Positions 12,560 to 26,177 of a stretch of DNA of 64,000 nucleotides are shown here, piece by piece. Both the position numbers and the translations under genes were made by a program. Below the pieces are notes generated by a model. It did no database searches and was not told the origin of the DNA. It saw only the letters and a program-made list of their open reading frames with translations. Location: positions 135,054,458 to 135,118,457 of the forward strand of contig NC_068981.1 in the NCBI RefSeq assembly GCF_001194135.2. The letters run 5' to 3'. Source of the stretch: Octopus bimaculoides. Its lineage: Eukaryota. Within the stretch, counting starts at the first letter, position 1, and each line of letters begins with the position of its first letter.

Positions 12560-14229
12560 TTAAACGGTATTGCATATTTTATATATTTTTGCTTTACACT
12601 CCAACTAATTTGAAGACACATCATGAGACATTGATTTATATTTCCCAATTTTGTTTTCTGGATTCTGCTTAAATGTTTCTCAAGTGGCATCTGTGAAAGA
12701 ATTCTGGGGAGTTTTGCATGATAAGGGGCTGTTTTTAATCAAATTTAGTCAAATATAGGCATGGAATGTATGCTCAGGCATGGCTGTGTGGTTAAGAATA
12801 TCACTTTGCAACCGCATAGTTTCTGGTTTAGTCCTCCTGCATAGCACCTTGGGCAAATGTCTTCTATAACCCTGGGCTGACCAATGCCTTGTGAGGGAAT
12901 TTGGTTGATAGAATTTGTTCAAATAAACCTGTCATGGTAGTGCTCCAGCTTGACTTCAGCCCGATGACTGAAACAGGTAAAAAATAACAGATGAAAAATA
13001 CTAAAAAACAAAAATACAGGGTGGGGCTTTGCCACTGGCATATTCAAACTGGTAATAACATTGCATTTATAAAAAAAATACTATTCACCATTTCAAAGGC
13101 ATATTATTATTAAGGTAGCAAGCTGACAGAATTGTCAGCTTGCCAGACAAAATGCATAGTAACGTTTCATCTGGCTTTACATTCTGTGTTCAAAGTTGCT
13201 GGCCTCATACCAAAATTTGAAATAAGTATTATTTTTATTATTTTATAAATTTTCTTTTAAAAACAATTTTTGTATTATTTAATGTCTTATTAAAATTAGG
13301 GTAGCAGGGGTTGCCTGTAAAATATATGGGTTCTGAAAATCATGTAAGGGTTCCATAATAATATGTTTGGGAAATGCTACTCTAATATAACATCTTTGAT
13401 TTGCTTTCAACATACATAGTACGGCAGTGTGGTTTAGAAGTTTGCTTTTCAACCATATGGATTTAGGTTCAGTCGCACAGTGTGACTCCTTAGGTGAGTG
13501 TCTTCTACAATAGCCATAGGCCAATAAAATCCTTTTGAGTTGATTTGGTAGACAAAAACTGAAACCTGCTGTATGTATGCGTATGTGCACATGTGTATAC
13601 ACGTGTGTAAGGAGAGTATCTCTGTGTCTTGCCATCACATGATTATTGCAGTTGAATGTAATTCATTCCCAATATTCTGTGGAAACATATCTGGCTCTGT
13701 GCAAATATTACCTTGCTTGGAAACGGGTACAGGTTGGTGAGAGGAAGGGCATCCAGTTGTTGAGAGTCTGCTTTAATAAGCTCTGTCTGATCCATGCTAG
13801 CATAGAGAAGTGAACCTTAAAACAATAGCAATAATAGTGATAATTTACTTGAAATAAATTTTATAATCCTATTGGAATATTTGATTCTGATGCCAATACA
13901 GAATCTGTGTCTAATATTTAACTGCAGAATATCCAAAAATTTTGATATCATGATTTTAATATTCTCAGATAAGCTGTTGTAATGTCAACAAAATCGATAT
14001 AGCAATTTTTTTTTTTTTCATATCCTGTAAATTTATGTTTGATCACAAACACAGCTTTGGAAGTCTAACCTGGCTACAGGAAATGAATTAAAAGCCATTA
14101 TCAAATTAATATTGTTAAATGCATGTTAAGATGATATTTGTACTGTAGTCTAGTGTTTTGTTGTGAACATTTGTTAACTAATGTTTTGGAACTCTAGCCA
14201 CTATCCTACTTTCCCTTAGAGAGTATCTG

Positions 14230-14552
14230 ATGGTATGTGGCTTGGCTCTTGCCATCAGTTACAACAAGCATTCCAGTTGAGCCAATCAGTGGAACAGCCT
14301 GCTCATGAAATTAACATGCAAGTGGCTGAGCTCTCCACAGACATATATACTCTTAGCATAGTTCTCAGGGAGATTCAGCATAACGCAGAATGTAATAAGG
14401 CCCTTTGAATTCAAGTACAACACCTTTTTGCTAGCTAAGTGGACTGGAATAACAAGAAATAAAGTGTCTTGCTCAAGGACACAGCACACCGCCAGGAATT
14501 GAGCCCATGACCTTACAGTCATTAGCTAAATACCCTAGCCATTAAACCATGC
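14230..14552 (-). mobile_element. tRNA-derived SINE (family D in this report)
   Basis: The minus-strand head has A/B-box-like motifs (tggctaggg.. / gggctcaattcc). The same body (gaaattaacatgcaagtggctgagc..ctccacagac) recurs at ~15590-15805, ~47130-47335 and ~50960-51410. Confidence 0.75.
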
Positions 14553-15317
14553 ATCTTCTGACGGTATGTGTAACCAACCCTAATAACATGCTTCTGCTTA
14601 ATTTCATTATTTTCTCCATAATTTTTTAATGCCCACTTTTCCATGCTTGCATGGTTCAAACAGAATTTATTGAGGTGCCTCTTCAGTTGCCAACTCTTAC
14701 CCGTTTCTAACCGAGGTAATATTTCCCCATGGCCAGACATGTTTTAGCAGAATATTGGAAATGAATGGCACTCATTTAGAGCAATTGTGCAATGCCAAAT
14801 CAAGGAAACGAACATACACATGCACACATGCATACAAACATACACATATGATGGGCTTGTTTCAGTTTCCTTCTACCAAATCCACTCACTGACTTTTAGT
14901 CAGCCTGAGGCTATAGTAGAAGACACTTGGCCCAAGGTACCACACAATTGGACTGAACCCGAAAGTATGTGGTTTCAAAGTAAGCTTTTTAATCAGAGCC
15001 GTGCATGTGCCTATGTGGAGATCTGTGATAAATTCATCTCTGACACTTCAAACTCCCTATTAACTTACTTGGGAAATTATAATCAATTTTTCTGAGTGTG
15101 GAGGTAGTGTATACTGTGTAATCAATATGTATTGTATAAGTTGTTTTTTGGCTTCAGGTCAACCCTGATCGAGCAGATCTTTTTAAAAGTACATCAAGAT
15201 CTTTTAAGAGTACATCTATAATTTCATTATCCAATGTGTCCTTTCCTTTTGTAATGATACATTGTGATTTAGGGAGATTTGGCTGCTATTTCTAGCAGAT
15301 TGAGTAACCATATACAG

Positions 15318-15522
15318 CAGTGGTTCTCAACCAGGGTATCCACATAAAATTTAGTTATTAAAGTTTAGGTGCAATAAATTGGCTATATTTCTACAGTCTG
15401 CTAAATATTTTCACTATAAGAGTACAATAAGATTTTTTTAAACATGAAATGGGTATAAAAATCCAGTAGGGTTAAATAGGAATCAAAAGGGTCCATAGGC
15501 AGAAAATGGTTGAGAACCACTG
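15318..15522. mobile_element. hAT (Charlie/MER5-like) MITE
   Basis: Perfect 15-bp TIRs cagtggttctcaacc / ggttgagaaccactg; degenerate 8-bp TSD atatacag / atgtagag (6/8). Confidence 0.85.
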
Positions 15523-16626
15523 ATGTAGAGGCTCCCTTGTTGGCTCAATTGTGCAATACAATCAGGAACTTAATTGCTGTAAATATGGACACTCTGGCAC
15601 CCTGCCAGTTATGATAATGAGAGTTCCAGTTGATCTGATGGATGAAACAGCCTGCTTGTGAAATTAACTTGCAAGTGGCTGAGCACTCCACATACATGTG
15701 CACCCTTAACATAGTTCTCAGGGAGATTCAGCGTGACACAGAATGTAGCAAGGCTGGCTCATTGAATTACAGGTACAACTGATTTTGCCAGCTGACTGGA
15801 CTCTAAATAATATCCAATTTCTTATATTGATTGAAATTTTTGCTTGGTGACAGATGACTTTGTTTGATATTTTACCCCCTCTCTCTTTCATATCATCATC
15901 ATCATCATGACATCCACTCTTCTGTACTTGCATGGTACAGATGGAATTTGTTGAGATAGATTTTCTACAGCTGGCTGCTCTTCTTGTCTCCTAGCAAAGT
16001 AATATTTCCCCATAACCAGACATGTTTTTTCATAGAAATTGGGAACAAATGACATTGCATGTATGATGAAGATATTTAGTTAAAATCCCTTAAATAATTT
16101 CTACTATAGGTACAAGATCACAAATTTTATATCAAACCCAGTACTTAATTGGTACATTATTTTATCAACTTCAGAAGAATGAATTAATTGATAGTTTCAA
16201 ATTTTGGCACAAGGCCAGCAAATTCAGGAGAGGATGTAATTCAATTACACCAACCCCATTGCTCAACTGCTGCTTATTTTATCAACCCTGAAAGGATGAA
16301 AGGCAAAGTTGAGTTTGAACACAGAATGTAAAGTTGATCGATACACTGTTAAGCATTTTGTCTGTCCTTCTGACAATTCTGCCAGCTGACCACCTTAGTA
16401 GTAGTAGTTGTAGTTGTAGTTGTAGTTGTTGTTGTATTTGATGTTTTTTTGTTTTTTTTTATATATATTGTTTCATTTAATTTCATATTATTGTGGTATA
16501 GGTGCAGGCATGACTCTGGTGAAATAAGTGTCAGGCTTAAAGTAGTATCAACTAAACTTGTCAAGCTGGAGTTCCAGCATGGCTGCAGTCCAGTGACTGA
16601 AACAAGTAAAAGATAAGAGATTATAT

Positions 16627-16661
<35 letters not shown>

Positions 16662-17482
16662 NNNNNNNNNNNNNNNNNNNNNNNNNNNNNNNNNNNNNNN
16701 NNNNNNNNNNNNNNNNNNNNNNNNNNNNNNNNNNNNNNNNNNNNNNNNNNNNNNNNNNNNNNNNNNNNNNNNNNNNNNNNNNNNNNNNNNNNNNNNNNNN
16801 NNNNNNNNNNNNNNNNNNNNNNNNNNNNNNNNNNNNNNNNNNNNNNNNNNNNNNNNNNNNNNNNNNNNNNNNNNNNNNNNNNNNNNNNNNNNNNNNNNNN
16901 NNNNNNNNNNNNNNNNNNNNNNNNNNNNNNNNNNNNNNNNNNNNNNNNNNNNNNNNNNNNNNNNNNNNNNNNNNNNNNNNNNNNNNNNNNNNNNNNNNNN
17001 NNNNNNNNNNNNNNNNNNNNNNNNNNNNNNNNNNNNNNNNNNNNNNNNNNNNNNNNNNNNNNNNNNNNNNNNNNNNNNNNNNNNNNNNNNNNNNNNNNNN
17101 NNNNNNNNNNNNNNNNNNNNNNNNNNNNNNNNNNNNNNNNNNNNNNNNNNNNNNNNNNNNNNNNNNNNNNNNNNNNNNNNNNNNNNNNNNNNNNNNNNNN
17201 NNNNNNNNNNNNNNNNNNNNNNNNNNNNNNNNNNNNNNNNNNNNNNNNNNNNNNNNNNNNNNNNNNNNNNNNNNNNNNNNNNNNNNNNNNNNNNNNNNNN
17301 NNNNNNNNNNNNNNNNNNNNNNNNNNNNNNNNNNNNNNNNNNNNNNNNNNNNNNNNNNNNNNNNNNNNNNNNNNNNNNNNNNNNNNNNNNNNNNNNNNNN
17401 NNNNNNNNNNNNNNNNNNNNNNNNNNNNNNNNNNNNNNNNNNNNNNNNNNNNNNNNNNNNNNNNNNNNNNNNNNNNNNNNNN

Positions 17483-17775
17483 AAAGGTCTCGGTCAGTAG
17501 TCATCGCCTCGGTGAGGCCCAATGTACGAAGGTCTTGCCTCACCACCTCAGCCCAGGTCTTCCTGGGCCTACCTCTTCCACGGGTTCCCTCAACTATTAG
17601 GGTGTGGCACTTTTTCACGCAGATATCCTCATCCATTCTCACCACATGTCCATACCAGCGCAATCGTCTCTCTTGCACGCCACAACTGATGCTTCTAATG
17701 TTCAGCTTTTCTCTCAAGATACTTACACTCTGACGGGTATTCACATTGACATTACACATCCAACGGAGCATACAA
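17483..17775 (-). mobile_element. RTE-clade LINE, C-terminal ORF fragment (runs into N gap)
   Basis: MLRWMCNV..LREKLNIRSISCGVQERRLRWYGHVVRM..VEGTRGRGRPRKTWAEVV..DLRTLGLT: the canonical RTE RT C-terminus. Confidence 0.93.
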
Positions 17776-18689
17776 GTATATAAAATGTGCTTCCTGCAGC
17801 TGTAAGGGTTTCTTTTAGCTCTTATTTCTAGCTATGTAGGTGCTATCCTGCACCCTCAGTCACAACTAGTGACAACTGAGTTTTTCCTTTTTGATTTTAT
17901 ATTGCGTATAGCCGCCTTCATTATTTTATTTATATATATATATATATATATATGTTTTTAAATTTTAAAAACATGTCTAATGTACAGAGGACTGCAACCT
18001 TATGGAAATGAATGAAAAATAAACTCAGTGACCTTGGTTTCTTGACATATCAGCTCAATGCAGATGCTAAATCCTTAGCTTGAGAGGATCTCTGTATAAA
18101 TGTCAAAATATAAAATATATCTATCACTTGCCTACTTTCTAGTATCCAGAATATAAACCCATTTTTATATCTACTTAAAAAGAAAAAATGTTTTGAAATA
18201 GATTAAAAAAAGAATTGTAGTAAGATCCCTCCCCTCCTGGATTGTCAATGTTAAGGTTGCTTGCAAAATATAATCTGTCATTAAGTCACATTGTTGACTT
18301 GTATTTAAGTTCACAAAGCTTCATTGGCATTTAAGACTGAAATTGCCTTCACTCTCTGCTAGTCAGTGCATTCATGTTGAATTTGTCATTGACTTCTCAG
18401 TCTTAAGATTGTTATGTTGATTATCATCATCATCATCATCGTTTAATGTCCACTTTTCCATGCTTGCATAAGATGGAATTTGTTGAGGCAGATTTTCTAT
18501 GACCAGATGCCCTTCCTGTTGCCAAGCTTCACCTGTTCTCAGGCAAGATAATATTTCCCTATCCACGTTTTTCACAGGAGACTTGAAATGAAAAACATTG
18601 CTTGTATGATGGTGATGCTTGTTTACAGCCATCACATGATGTCGGAACACAAGTACACCTAAACACACAAACACATATGAATATGTATG

Positions 18690-19260
18690 TAGACACAGGT
18701 GTGACTGTGTGGTAAGAAGCTTGCTTCCCAATTACATGGTTCCACAGCCAGTCCCACTGCATAGCACCTTGGGCAAATGTCCTCTACTATAAGCTTTGGG
18801 CAGACCAAAGCCTTGTGAGTGGATTTGGTCGGTGGAAACTGAAAGCAGTCTGTTATGTGTCTTTGTCTCCCATCACTGCTTGCCAAACAGTGTTGGTGTG
18901 TTTACATCCCCATAACTAAGGAGTTTGGCAAAAGAAGCCGATAGAATAAGTACCAAGTTTAAAATAAGATAAGCACTGGGGTTGACTCATTTACATTATT
19001 TACATTGGACAGATATGTGTCCTTATCTTGTTTGTTGTTACCACAATGTTTCGGCTGATTCACTCTCCAGTATATCAGCCGAAACATGGTAACAACAAAC
19101 AAGATGAGGACACATATCCGTCCAATGTAAATAATGTACAGAATTCCTCCTCTCTAAAATATAGAACAGTTTTGACTTACTTAACAAAAAATTCTTCAAA
19201 AGCACTGCCTGGTCACGGTCTAATGACTGACACAAGTGAAATGATGAATATATACAATGT
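18690..19260 (+). mobile_element. CORE-type tRNA-derived SINE (family A), interrupted near its tail by a Penelope-like palindrome
   Basis: Head gactgtgtggtaagaagcttgcttccc, gcaccttgggcaaatgt core; the tail is split at ~18990/19170. Confidence 0.8.
18992..19167. mobile_element. Penelope-like pLTR palindrome, copy 1
   Basis: ~68-bp arms (tacattatttacattggac..gtttcggctgat / atcagccgaaac..gtccaatgtaaataatgta) plus the tail cagaattcctcctctctaaaatatagaac shared with the copy at 43448. Confidence 0.7.
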
Positions 19261-20169
19261 ACTCCTTTTACTATCTGTCTACACAATCCACTCACAAGGC
19301 TTTGGTTGGCCCAGGGCTATGTTAGAAGACACTTGCCTAAGGTGCCATACCACAAGACTAAACCCAAAGCCATGTGGCTACAAATTGAACCATCTTAACC
19401 ACACAGCTATGCCTGCAGTTATATAATATAGTATCAAAAATGTCATAACTCATTTTCTCATTAATGATTCTCATTAATATAAATAAAGTTCCAAACACTG
19501 CCACTTATGTTAATTATAGTTTATAAATTGCCTTTATAGGAGTTTGGTATTTGGTATTTTCAGAGGTTTGACTGACTAATAAAGTAGTTAACTTATGTAG
19601 AATGTTTTTATTAGCATAAATCAAGTTTTTAATTAGCTACTAATTAACATAATGTAATATTATTGCTGTTATATTCCCCGCTTTTTTTTTCTGTTTTAAG
19701 GAATTTTAAATGAACTCTCACAAACTGCTGGTAATTTTCCCATTTTTCTACTTTGACAAATTAGTAGTATTCCAAGATTAATTTAACCAAAATGTTCTAT
19801 TTGTAAATATTAAACCTGTTCTTTTTATTTATTAATTATTTTATGGTTTAATCAGAGGCAGAAGAACACTGGTTGTGATTCTTTTGCAGGGCTGCTTTGC
19901 TAAAGAGAGGAATGTCTCAATATCTTCAGACCCAAGATCTACATTTTTTTTTTTTTTTTTTACACAACAAAGTGGACTTCACTAAAGGCACCTGAGGGAA
20001 AGGTGGTGGTGTTAAACTAGACAAAGAATCCAAGAATGAGTACAAGTAGTTTTATGATTTTCATCAATCCATCTCCTTTCATAAGGTTTGGACCAACTCT
20101 CATCTGTGCTAAATACACTTTGGCCAAGGTGCCATGTTGTAGGATTGATCTTGAACCCACATGATTTGT

Positions 20170-20515
20170 CATCATCACCATTTAATGACCATTGTCCATG
20201 CTGGCATGGGTTGGGTGCTTTGATGGGAGCTGGCCAAGGCCTGTTTTGATATGGGTTCTACAGTTAGGTGTTCTTCCTAATGCCAACCACTTTACAGAAT
20301 GTACTGAGTGTTTCTTATGTGGCACCAGCATGGGTGCTATTACATGTGCTTTATATGTGACATCAGCACAGGTGCTTTATATGACAACAGCACAGGTGCT
20401 TTATATGACACCAGCATGGGTGCTTTATATGTGGCACCAGTACTAGTGCATTTCACATAGCACCAACACAGATGCGTTTTACATGGCACTGATACAAGTG
20501 CTTTTTACATGGCAC
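20170..20515 (-). mobile_element. GAT-tailed SINE-like element (family C) with an expanded internal ~20-bp minisatellite
   Basis: catcatcaccatttaatgacc..ccatgctggcatgggttgg tail; tandem gtgctttatatgacaccagcacag-like units at ~20330-20510. Confidence 0.7.
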
Positions 20516-23375
20516 ATGATTATGAAGCAAATTTAACTACATAAACATGGTCGTGACTACATCTGTGTATGTCCTTCTCACCCTTTGACAACTGGTGTTG
20601 GTTTGTTTATGTCACTGTAACTTAATGGCTTCAGCAAAAGTGACCAATAGAATAAACATCAGACTTTAAAAGAAAAGAAAAAAAAACACTTTGTTCAATT
20701 ACACCACCAGCATAGCTGCAGTCCAATGAATGAAACAAATAAAAGGTAAATGGGAATAAATTAAGCCTCATTGAAACTTGCAGTAATTTTAAGATGTTTG
20801 AACTATAAAATATCTTTTTTTTTCTTTTCTTTTTTTTTTGTTAGATTAATTTTCAGTCAATTTAAATTGTTGGAACCTTGAAACTAAACAAATCTGTATT
20901 TTAAATCTAAACTTGATCCTTTGTTATTGGTAGATGACATCATTCACCCACACAACCTTCTCTCATGACATAGATAAACAGACTAGGCTGAAAAAGTGGG
21001 TGAATGATGTCGTCTCCTCATACTGACACTCTAGAGACCAATACTGAAGAATCACCAGTCTAAACTGTTTACTTGATTATAGTTTTCACTCATAATTATA
21101 GTTCATTTCATCAAGACAGATTAGGATTAATTTGTATTAGGGATATTGAAAACTGAGAAGAGACCACATGGTGAAGATAAACTCTGTGTAGAGGCATATT
21201 AACAACTGAGGGGTGGATAGAAACTATATTAGATGCAGTTGAAATGAATGGAGCCATACAATTTAGCTCCAGGTCAGCCTTGATCCAGTTGATATATGAT
21301 CAGAGGTGTTCCAGTTATGATCTTCTCATGATTTTTCTGATATAGTGTTTATAGGTCTATATTACCTTATGTGTCTTCTCTTTTATTGTGCAAGAAACTA
21401 ACAATTACTATAGATTTTGTACTTATGTAAAGTAAAAATAAGTATAAAAACTACCCTTAAGACACACCCCTCCTCCATTTGGCACATATTCGTGCAACCC
21501 TTTCCCACTGTTTAAGGGTTAATGTGTCTCTGGAATCATTGCTAGTAAACACCTGTGGGAAAAGACATTGGCAGGTGTGAGTTACAGAGGCTTGGTGTTC
21601 TGGGAAGGAAGGACTAAATGTAGGAAGGTGTAGTGGTTAGTGAAAGGCTTGGGGAGTTGGTCACAGATTGAGGAACAGACAATTAGGTTGAGAATGCTTA
21701 AGTAGAAGTGACTTGAGCTCTGGTTGCTGTGACAAGCAGAGGCCATTATAGTAGTATAGTGTGTATAGTATTGCAGATTATCTCCAGTTGGTCAGTCCTG
21801 ATCTGACAGACATATTATCAAAGGCATTCCAGTTATGACCATCCCTTCTTTTCAGACAAAGTGTAAGCAGGATCACATTATCAACTCAATCCTTTTTTTT
21901 TCTAATGTAGTTGAATGTAATTTGAAGGAGATCTGGGTGCTCTTTCTACCAGGGTAAGTGACCCTATAGGGGCTCCCTCAGTGGATGGCACATGTCAGTT
22001 CAAGGTATATTCCACAAGCAGTGTAGAATTGACATATTGTACTGGAGGAACGTAAATATCATGTGAAGTGGACTGCTTTATGTATAGCAACCAATGCTAT
22101 TTCACTAGGAATGAAGAATTGGTTAACCTCCTGAAATTGACATTTAATACAAACATCAAAAAATCTATCAACTGCTCCACTGATCCTAAGATAACTTTCT
22201 AGTGACAAACAGTACAAACTTGTATGAATAAGTTGTCTCTCTTGCCTTTCTTGAGCAGAATTATCATTAAGCTTGTGGGGATTTTTCTTCACTATGAAAT
22301 GTCATCTTAAACTTTGATAGCCACTACACTACTCACTTAAACACTTCTCAGATTATATTAGTGTATTTGTAATGAATGTAGATTGAGATATATAATTATA
22401 CTGTAGAAGGCAGTATATAATTGCTGTAAGACACTTGTTTTAATTAGAAAAAGAAACGGCTTATTGCTCTGTACTACAGAAACTGACTAAATAAATGATT
22501 AAATTGTTATTGTAGGAAACATATATCATAAATGTCATAATATATTATAAATAAAGTTGATTAGCAAAGATGGAGGACCTTGATTTTAGTATTTGTAACA
22601 GTAATTTCATAGATTGAGTACTAGTAGGTTGTTACTGTTTAGCCCCAGATTAGCTCTGCTGGAGAAGTCCTATGAGAAAATAAAATCATTTGAGATGTGG
22701 TTATCCTATTTTTGTACAAGGTCTAATGTGCCTCAGGACTATATTATCTTGGATACACACTTCTCCTACCTTAAGACTATAGAGCATGATTTGAAGGAGA
22801 TTTGGTTGCTACATCTAGCAGGTCTAGCTTGATAATACTTGTACCGGCTCCAATACAAATAGGTTGCTAGAACAATATATGACAAGCAAAGATCAGAAAA
22901 CTGTAAGAGCAGTATACACTTCAGGATACATTAGCTGCTTTCTCAACCTTAATACAAGTAGGTTGGCAAAACAAGCTGAGTATTAGAAACATTTGATAGA
23001 GGTGGTTAGGCTAGTGTGGTTATTTAACATGAAAGAATGTTATGCAATAAGAAGTAAAAAGCTACTGTAAGATGGTAGTAGAAAGTGAACTGAAGAGAAG
23101 TAGGTGAAGTTAGGGAGGGAGATTGTTCAGTTGATAAGCTTTTGGGATAAAACAATGCAGGATAGAAATACATAGATATATATTGTGGTACAGTATATCT
23201 ATGTATTCCTATTCTGCATTGTTTTATCTAAAAAGCCTATCTTTCTAACTACCAACTGAATAGTCTCCCTCCCTGACACCAATCAAGCTGAATCAATGAG
23301 ATTGATCAATTATTAATTAATCAGTGAAGGCCACAAAAAGTACCACTTTTGCATGAGCTAACGAAGAAGTTTCAT

Positions 23376-23580
23376 CAGTGGTTCTCAACCTTTTTAATAT
23401 TTAGGGCCAGATCCAAAACCAGGAATTTTTTTAGGGGGCCTGCACCAAAAAAGTAAAACATAAGTCAATGAATGAAAGGAAAAAAAATATTGTATTTATA
23501 AAGGGAAGATTGTTGGGGGGCTGCCGGAAAGATGTTTGAGGGTCATATGTGGTTCTGGTTGCTGCAGTTGAGAACTGCAG
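23376..23580. mobile_element. hAT (Charlie-like) MITE, decayed right end
   Basis: Left TIR cagtggttctcaacc; right end cagttgagaactgcag. Confidence 0.6.
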
Positions 23581-25514
23581 CCCTATATGGTTACTTAACT
23601 TACAAGAAATAACAACCAATTTCCCTCATCAAAAAAAAAGGTGGGGAAGACACATTGGATAATGTAGTTGAAGTGCTATTCCTAAGAAAGAAAGAAAGAA
23701 AGGCAGGATGGTCATAACTGCAATACCTTAGATCATGGATTTATTTGGTCAACATTGAACACAGGGGTAAACAACAGCAATTACTTTTGCACTGCAAGAT
23801 TTAAAATATAAAATAATATATAAAATTTCCTAGAAAATGTTATTTTCAACTGTTTGAGTCTATCTTATAGACAGTGCCATTAAACATTCATCATAGTGTT
23901 GTCATTATATATTGGCATGAATAATCAGGTTCATACATGTATCTTGATGTATCTTCTTTCACCTGTCTCCATTAAAAATTCTGTTCATCAAATCCTACTA
24001 TATGTAATTGGTAAGCATCTCGTTACTGAGCAGTATCTATTATGTATGCCCTGTCTATAGTATCCCAGTTGTCTTCTGTCTTGGATAGAACAAATTTCAT
24101 TTTAAACATCTACATATGGTATCTCTGGTCATTTGCCCTGAAATCCATCTTTCAAATTCCTATTATACACTCAATATCCTGTTTATAATCCTTCCTCATA
24201 ATTTCACATACTCTGAATTTAATTTAATATTCAAATTTCACTGAAATATTAGCAGGTTAGTTGTGAGAAATGTTTCACATTGTCAGCCTTATTGAAGGAG
24301 AATAATTATAACAATCACAATAGCTTTCTGAATATATTTTGGATGCTTTGAATTTTGAGCATTGGATAAATGATAATATTATACTACTTAGGTTTTTTAA
24401 TTGGCAACAAGACAGACATTTGCTCTATCTTCATGTTTGCCATCTTAGAGAAAAATCAAAAGAACATTCTTACAGGATTTTAGCTATTGTAAATGTAGAG
24501 TATCATTTTATAAGGCAGTATCACACACACACACACGCACGCACAGAGAGAGAGAGAGAGAAACTAAAGCCTTGACATAAAAACGAAGATGATTAATCTT
24601 TAAACCCTCTCTGATTTAAATGGCTTCAGCATATATACACAATTTTCGGAAAGCCATTGAACTGATGTCTCTCCCCTAGTCAAATAGACTTTTTAAGTGC
24701 AAATTAAAATATACTCAAAGCAAATTGAAATATGCTCAAAGCAAATTAAAATATATTGAAAGTATATCAAATGAAATCTTTTTTTTATTTTATTAAATAA
24801 TGCCATCAAATCATATTGCCATTATCTGACGAGAAATAATCAACNNNNNNNNNNNNNNNNNNNNNNNNNNNNNNNNNNNNNNNNNNNNNNNNNNNNNNNN
24901 NNNNNNNNNNNNNNNNNNNNNNNNNNNNNNNNNNNNNNNNNNNNNNNNNNNNNNNNNNNNNNNNNNNNNNNNNNNNNNNNNNNNNNNNNNNNNNNNNNNN
25001 NNNNNNNNNNNNNNNNNNNNNNNNNNNNNNNNNNNNNNNNNNNNNNNNNNNNNNNNNNNNNNNNNNNNNNNNNNNNNNNNNNNNNNNNNNNNNNNNNNNN
25101 NNNNNNNNNNNNNNNNNNNNNNNNNNNNNNNNNNNNNNNNNNNNNNNNNNNNNNNNNNNNATTATTATTCAGTCCTCAAAATGCTTGAGGAGAAATATGT
25201 TTGTGAGTGATTAACATCACACCCTGGAGGGATGAACAAGATAACAGGGGAATTTCATCATATTTACACAAAACTGTTTAAGTATTCTTTTTCTTTTTGC
25301 CTGTTGTAAAATTGAAAACTGAAGACTGAAGATGTTATTCCACCAATGCTGGCTGCCCTTGTTCAGATTTTGAATTTGAATAATTTTGTATTTCTATGTA
25401 TCACTTTTCATTTTGAACTCGACAAAGACAGGCAAGCTGTCAAAATAATTGTTTAACTAATAAAATATCTATAGCAATCTTCATATTGTCTATTATTATT
25501 ATTATTATTATTAA

Positions 25515-25770
25515 GGCAGTGAGCTGGCAGGATCATTAGCACAGTGGACAAAATGCTTACTGGTATTTCACCTGACACTACGTTCTGAGTTCAAATTCTG
25601 CTGAGGTCAACTTTGCCTCTCATCTTTTCGGGGTCGATAAATTAAGTACCAGTGAAACATTGGGGTCAATGCNNNNNNNNNNATAAATTAAGTACCAGTG
25701 AAACATTGGGGTCAATGCAAATGACTTACCCCATCCCCAAAATTCCAGGCTTGTACCTTTAGTAGAAAGG
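25515..25770 (+). mobile_element. TTA-associated SINE (family B; central domain resembles Meta-type SINE domain)
   Basis: ggcagtgagctggcaggatcattagc head, ttttcggggtcgataaattaagtaccag core, embedded in (TTA)n. Other copies at ~27607, ~27826, ~30350, ~47340, ~55700, ~58915 (+) and ~9250, ~16190 (-). Confidence 0.8.
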
Positions 25771-25789
25771 ATTATTATTATCATTATTA

Positions 25790-26177
25790 TTCAGTAGTCT
25801 TATTTTTATCATACTTTCACTGCACTACCAAGCACAGTTATGTGTGCCTTGAGTATGTGCTGTGGTTTGATGTGACACTCTTATTTTTACTGTATTGAAA
25901 GTGTTTTATGTAGGATGTGTGCAGTGCCTAGTAATACTATTTTCTGTTTGTTAAATATACCTTTTAGTCCTGATGTTTTTGTTATGTATTTGTCTGAATA
26001 TTTTTTTATCATACCTAATGTGCCTATTATGATAGGAATTGTTTCTGTTTTTAGACTCCACATTTGAGTTACCTCTATTTCCAGATCTTTGTATTTTGAA
26101 AGTTTCTCCATTTCTTTTAAGGAAACGTTGTCATCTGCTGGTATTGATACATTGATTAGAAAGCATTTTTTTAAATC
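25790..26177 (-). mobile_element. R4/Dong-clade LINE 3' end (RLE endonuclease plus 3' UTR), copy 1
   Basis: KKCFLINVSIPADDNVSLKEMEKLSKYKDLEIEVTQMWSLKTETIPIIIGTLGMIKK..LLGTAHILHKTLSIQ* (stop at 25887) is the R4/Dong RLE signature (D..IP..EK..KY.DL..G.LG..GTA.IL); flanked by (TTA)n. Confidence 0.88.

Noticed and set aside
16548-17771. 407-aa ORF and other long ORFs containing X runs (37161-38561, 37231-38274, 37235-37978, 49645-50034, 58678-59000 etc.)
   Set aside because: Their length comes from N gaps being read as non-stop codons; the real parts are RTE fragments, SINEs or microsatellites.
20330-20510. Regular ~20-bp repeats that could be mistaken for a CRISPR-like array
   Set aside because: Eukaryotic context, no unique spacers and no cas genes; it is the internal minisatellite of family C elements.
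25638-25720. ~36-bp direct repeat flanking a 10-N gap
   Set aside because: Identical sequence on both sides of a minimal gap is an unmerged contig overlap, not a biological duplication.
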